This document shows positions 60,509 through 64,000 of a stretch of DNA of 64,000 nucleotides, piece by piece. This DNA comes from an uncultured delta proteobacterium (GTDB taxonomy: Bacteria; Myxococcota; Myxococcia; SLRQ01): assembly GCA_963727485.1 (NCBI GenBank), contig CAVSGM010000002.1, positions 1,408,001 to 1,472,000 on the forward strand. Reading direction: 5' to 3'. The first letter of the stretch is position 1. Every line of letters starts with the position of its first letter. The position numbers and the translations under genes were made by a program. The notes beneath the pieces are model-generated. The model saw only the letters and a program-made list of their open reading frames with translations. It had not been told where the DNA came from and made no database searches.

Positions 60509-61420
60509 TCAGGGATCCGGGGGGGACGAGGCGGGGGGCGACCCGGCGGAGGCCGCCGCCCGGGCCTCTCTGTGCTTCCGCATCCGCCGGGCGCCCAGGA
60601 ACATCAGGAGCAGGCCGATGGGCAGCTCCACGAAGAAGGTCTTCGGCTTGACCGAGTCGGCCAGGCCGACGAGGTCCAGGGCCCGCTCCGGCAGGCTCTC
60701 CTGGTGCCAGATGAGCTGCCGCAGGAGGTGATTGATCCGGCGGCCGAGGGCGCCGGTGAAGGCGAGCTGCCGCTGCGCGGTCTCCACGTCTCCATGGTTC
60801 AGCGCGTCCCGGGCGACGTAGTAGGCGACATCGGGGTAGTGGGGGCCCAGCTTCGCCAGCGGCCCCACCGCCTGGTGGAGCAGCGTCCGGTCCCCGAGCT
60901 CCTCGCCCACGAAGGCCGCGGCGTCCAGCCCGAAGTACCGGTCGGGACCCTGGGCCACCAGCAGCTCGTGGGCGAGGCCGATGGCCCGGTTGCGATCGTC
61001 GACGGTCATCGGGCGGCCGGCGATCCGGCGGGCGAGGATCGAGGCGAGGGCGGCCTTGTTGGAGGGGTTCGGCGCCACTCGCACGGCCCGCTCGCAGTTG
61101 CGCCGGGCCAGGTCCACGTAGCCGAGCTCGAAGCCGTAGCTGCAGCTCCGGCGCAGGGCCGGGGCGAAGTCCGGCAGCCGCTCGACCACCGCCTGGTAGC
61201 GCTGGAAGGCCTGACGGTCGAGGTGGGTGCGTCCGGCGGCGATGGCCGCGCGGAAGTCCGTGGCCGCCGCCGGGTCCAGCTGATCGAGGTCCCTCAGGTA
61301 GCCGGCGTCGAGCCGGGCCACGAAGGCCGCGCGGTCGAAGTCGGCCCGCGCCGGGCGCGCCGGAGCGGCGAGGACCACGAGGCAGGCGGCGGCGAGGGCG
61401 GCGGGCAGGCGGCGGTGCAT
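60509..61420 (-). CDS. Hypothetical secreted alpha-helical (TPR-like) protein with C-terminal TM anchor
   Basis: Signal peptide ending ARA; helical repeats; FFVELPIGLLLMFLGARR anchor. Confidence 0.65.
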   Translation of the reverse strand: MHRRLPAALAAACLVVLAAPARPARADFDRAAFVARLDAGYLRDLDQLDPAAATDFRAAIAAGRTHLDRQAFQRYQAVVERLPDFAPALRRSCSYGFELGYVDLARRNCERAVRVAPNPSNKAALASILARRIAGRPMTVDDRNRAIGLAHELLVAQGPDRYFGLDAAAFVGEELGDRTLLHQAVGPLAKLGPHYPDVAYYVARDALNHGDVETAQRQLAFTGALGRRINHLLRQLIWHQESLPERALDLVGLADSVKPKTFFVELPIGLLLMFLGARRMRKHREARAAASAGSPPASSPPDP

Positions 61421-61495
61421 GGGGGCTCCCCGAACGAGGTCCACCATGAAAGCATGTAGAGCCTCTCCCTGGCGAGCCCCCAGCCGCGCTGGGCG

Positions 61496-61903
61496 CTACC
61501 CGCGCAGCAGCCGCCGGAGGCTCGCCAGGGCCAGCAGCCCCAGCCCCCCGACCACCGCGATCCGCGCCGTGGTCGCCGCCGGGTCGCGGATGCGGCGGAA
61601 CCGCGACCGCCCGTCCCGGATCTCGATGTAGCCCAGCGGCGCGGCCTGGACCCCGGCGCCGCCGCCGGTGCCCACCTCCTCGGAGGCGGCCTCCTGGGCG
61701 CCCCGGGCCCCGGGGGTCCGCCGCCCGCTGCCGCCGCCGTAGCCGTAGCGGACCTTGGCCACCGGGACCACGGTGATGCCCTCGCGGATCACCGGCTCCC
61801 CGTAGACCACGCTCGCCCGCGCGGTGGCGCCGATGGTCTCCCCGAGCCTGGGCAGCAGCTCGGCGCCGTCCTTCCGGACGTCCTGCAGGATCGTCTCGCT
61901 CAT
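61496..61903 (-). CDS. YtfJ/GerW-family protein
   Basis: VVYGEPV..EGITVVPVAKVRYGYGGGSG...GGGAGV.AAPLGYIEI; C-terminal TM helix. Confidence 0.88.
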   Translation of the reverse strand: MSETILQDVRKDGAELLPRLGETIGATARASVVYGEPVIREGITVVPVAKVRYGYGGGSGRRTPGARGAQEAASEEVGTGGGAGVQAAPLGYIEIRDGRSRFRRIRDPAATTARIAVVGGLGLLALASLRRLLRG

Positions 61904-62043
61904 CCGTGCCTCCCCCGGCCCTCGGGGCCGTTGGGGGGACGCTACGGTCGCGCCGGGGGGCGGGCAACGGGGGGTTCCGGGGGCCAACGGGCCCCGGTGG
62001 GCCGCAGACGGATCGAAGCGGCGACCTCGTGTATCCTGCGCCG

Positions 62044-63727
62044 GTGAGGCGACCCGGCACCCGCTCCCGGCCCCCTGCGTGGCGCGCCGGGCCCGTCCTG
62101 GCCCTCGCCGCCGCCCTGGCCCTCGGCGGCTGCGTGCCCCTCGGGTGGTACGCGGGCGGCCTGGTCGTCCTCCCCTGGCGCCTCGTCGCCGGGGTGCTCC
62201 TCGCCGAGCTGGTCCTCCTCCGCCGGGTGCGGCGCCTGCCCGGGCGCCGGGTCCTCGAGGCCGCCGGGCTCCTCGCCGCTGCCACCGCCGCCACCTTCGC
62301 CCTCCGGTGGGCCCTGGCGCCGGCGGCCTTCTTCCACCAGAACGGCCAGGGACCGTACTGGGCCAGCTTCGCCCTGTGCCGGGTCCACTCGTCCTACGGC
62401 CCGGGGTACGCCGAGGTGTTCGGCTGGGTGCCCGCGGCCCTGGGCGCCTCGCCGGAGCGGGCCCTCTTCCTGGCCCAGGCCCTCGCCGCGGCGACCCTCC
62501 CGGCCTCCGCCTGGGTCCTCCTCCGGGCGCTGCGGGTGCGGCCGCCGTTGGCCTGGCTCGCCTTCGCCGCCCTCGCCGCGGCCCCGGCCCTGGCCCGGGT
62601 GGGCCAGAGCGAGTCGTACTACGCCATCTGCGCCGTCCTCCTCTTCGCCGCCGCCGCGGTCCTGGCGGTGGGCGCCTCGGGCCGGCGGCGCCTGGACCTG
62701 TGGCTCGGGATCGCCGCCGCCGGGCTCCTGGTGGCCCAGGCGGCCCGGGTCCACCCGGTGTGCTGGATGGCGGCGTCGGTGCTCCCCGCCGTCCTCGCCC
62801 TGGGCCGGGGCCCCTGGCGCCGGCGCCTCGCCCGGGGGGCCCTCGCGGGGGTCGGCATCGGGGCGGTGGTGGCGGTGACCACCGGGCCCGCCCTCCTCGC
62901 GGTGGTCACCGGCGAGCTGGGACGCCACTGGCTGCGCCCGGGGGTGGCACCCGGACGGTTCTCCGCGGGCCGGTGGGCCGGGGCGTGGCTCGAGGTCCCG
63001 TGGATGCTGCCGCTGGTGGGGGCGATTGTCCTGGTTGGGGGCCGGACTCGCGGCGTGCTCCGGGCCGGCGTCCTGGTGGCGGTGATCGAGGTGATGACCA
63101 TGGTCGATCTCCATCGGACCGGTCATCCCCCCGGTGGCGGCGGCCCACCTGGCCCTGTGGCTCCCGGTGCCCCTGGCGGTCGTGGCGGTGACCCTCTCGG
63201 ACCTGGTCCGCCGGCCCCTCCCCACCGCCGCCCTGGTCGCCTCCCTGGGAGTGGCGATCGCCGTGGCCGACCTGGCGCGGGCACCGGTGATGCTCCGGCT
63301 GCCCACCGACGTCCTCGAGGCCCGGGCCGTCGCCGCCTGGCGGGCGACCCTGCCCCCCGACGCCCGGGTGATCTACCTCGCCGACGCGCCGAGACGGGTG
63401 GTGAGCCTGCCCGTCTACGATTGCGGTGCCGGCGGTCCGCGGCCCCTGGAGGTCAAGCCCGGCGACCCCCTGGCGCCCTCGTTGGCCGTCCCCGCCCACG
63501 GCTTCTACGTGCGGGACTCCCTCTGCGACACCCCCGAGGGCCGCCGGCCCTGCCAGCGCCTCGAGGCCACCATCCGCGCCGCCGGCGGCCGCCTGGTCCC
63601 CGAGCGCACCCTGCGCCTCCCGGCCCGCGAGAGCATGATCGGATTGGGGTACCCTTCCCGGACCGTGTCCGTCACCTTCTTCCAGATCCGCCCGCGCGCC
63701 GCGCCGGCCCCAGGTGCCCAAAAATGA
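62044..63727 (+). CDS. Polytopic membrane protein, possibly GT-C-like (apparent frameshift ~63120)
   Basis: Read manually from GTG 62044: many TM helices, FFHQNGQGP, YGPGY, SESYY, RVHP; C-terminus in ORF 63134..63727. The first part is missing from the ORF track because that frame has no stop in the window. Confidence 0.65.
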
Positions 63728-64000
63728 GCAGTCCCGCCCCCCCGCGCTGGGTCGTCACCGGCGGCACCGGCTTCTTCGGCACCCGGCTGGCCCACTGGCT
63801 CCTCGCCGAGCACGACGTCCTCCCGGTCCTGGTGGATCGGGCGCCCCTCGACGACCCCGGACTCGAGGGCCGGGTGGAGGTGGTGCGCGCCGACGTCCGC
63901 GACGCCGCCGCCATGCGCCGGGTGATCGCCGGGGCCGACGTGGTGGTCCACGCCGCCGCGGCGCTCCCCCGGGAGCCGGTCGCCGACATCCGCGCGGTGA
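63724..64000 (+). CDS. NAD-dependent epimerase/dehydratase (3' truncated by window end)
   Basis: WVVTGGTGFFG Rossmann motif, ADVRD, DVVVHAAA; ATGA overlap with the upstream gene. Confidence 0.85.
   Translation, partial: MSSPAPPRWVVTGGTGFFGTRLAHWLLAEHDVLPVLVDRAPLDDPGLEGRVEVVRADVRDAAAMRRVIAGADVVVHAAAALPREPVADIRAV

Noticed and set aside
61496..61540. C-terminal LALASLRR of the YtfJ protein as an encapsulin targeting peptide near EncFtn
   Set aside because: It is the end of a hydrophobic TM helix followed by basic residues and lacks the (I/V)GSL core.

Overview
A very GC-rich (by eye; not computed) bacterial chromosomal window containing the replication-origin region. The core runs dnaA <> rpmH-rnpA-yidD-yidC-(74 aa ORF)-mnmE-[PKD lipoprotein]-mnmG-rsmG-parA-parB-bactofilin, with two perfect parS palindromes and two DnaA-box clusters. 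The parB-bacM synteny, a PEGA Ser/Thr kinase and many DGG-linker lipoproteins point to a Myxococcota-like organism (inference). The rest is a mosaic of housekeeping and accessory genes. These include hslO, mscS, egtD, an EMO/FadF-like Fe-S membrane oxidoreductase, a P3A-type H+-ATPase, and a five-gene multiheme cytochrome/4Fe-4S/NrfD operon with 13 CxxCH motifs, no catalytic Mo subunit and a candidate sigma54 promoter. There are also two lipoproteins sharing a 50-aa 10-Cys module, a tandem array of four paralogous beta-rich proteins, aldB-DUF779, nadA, map and an encapsulin-type ferritin lacking both shell gene and targeting peptide. About 20 apparent single-base frameshifts, some in conserved housekeeping genes, suggest uncorrected sequencing indels rather than real pseudogenes. 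I saw no rRNA, tRNA, CRISPR array, integrase or transposase. Family names come from motif recognition, not database searches.
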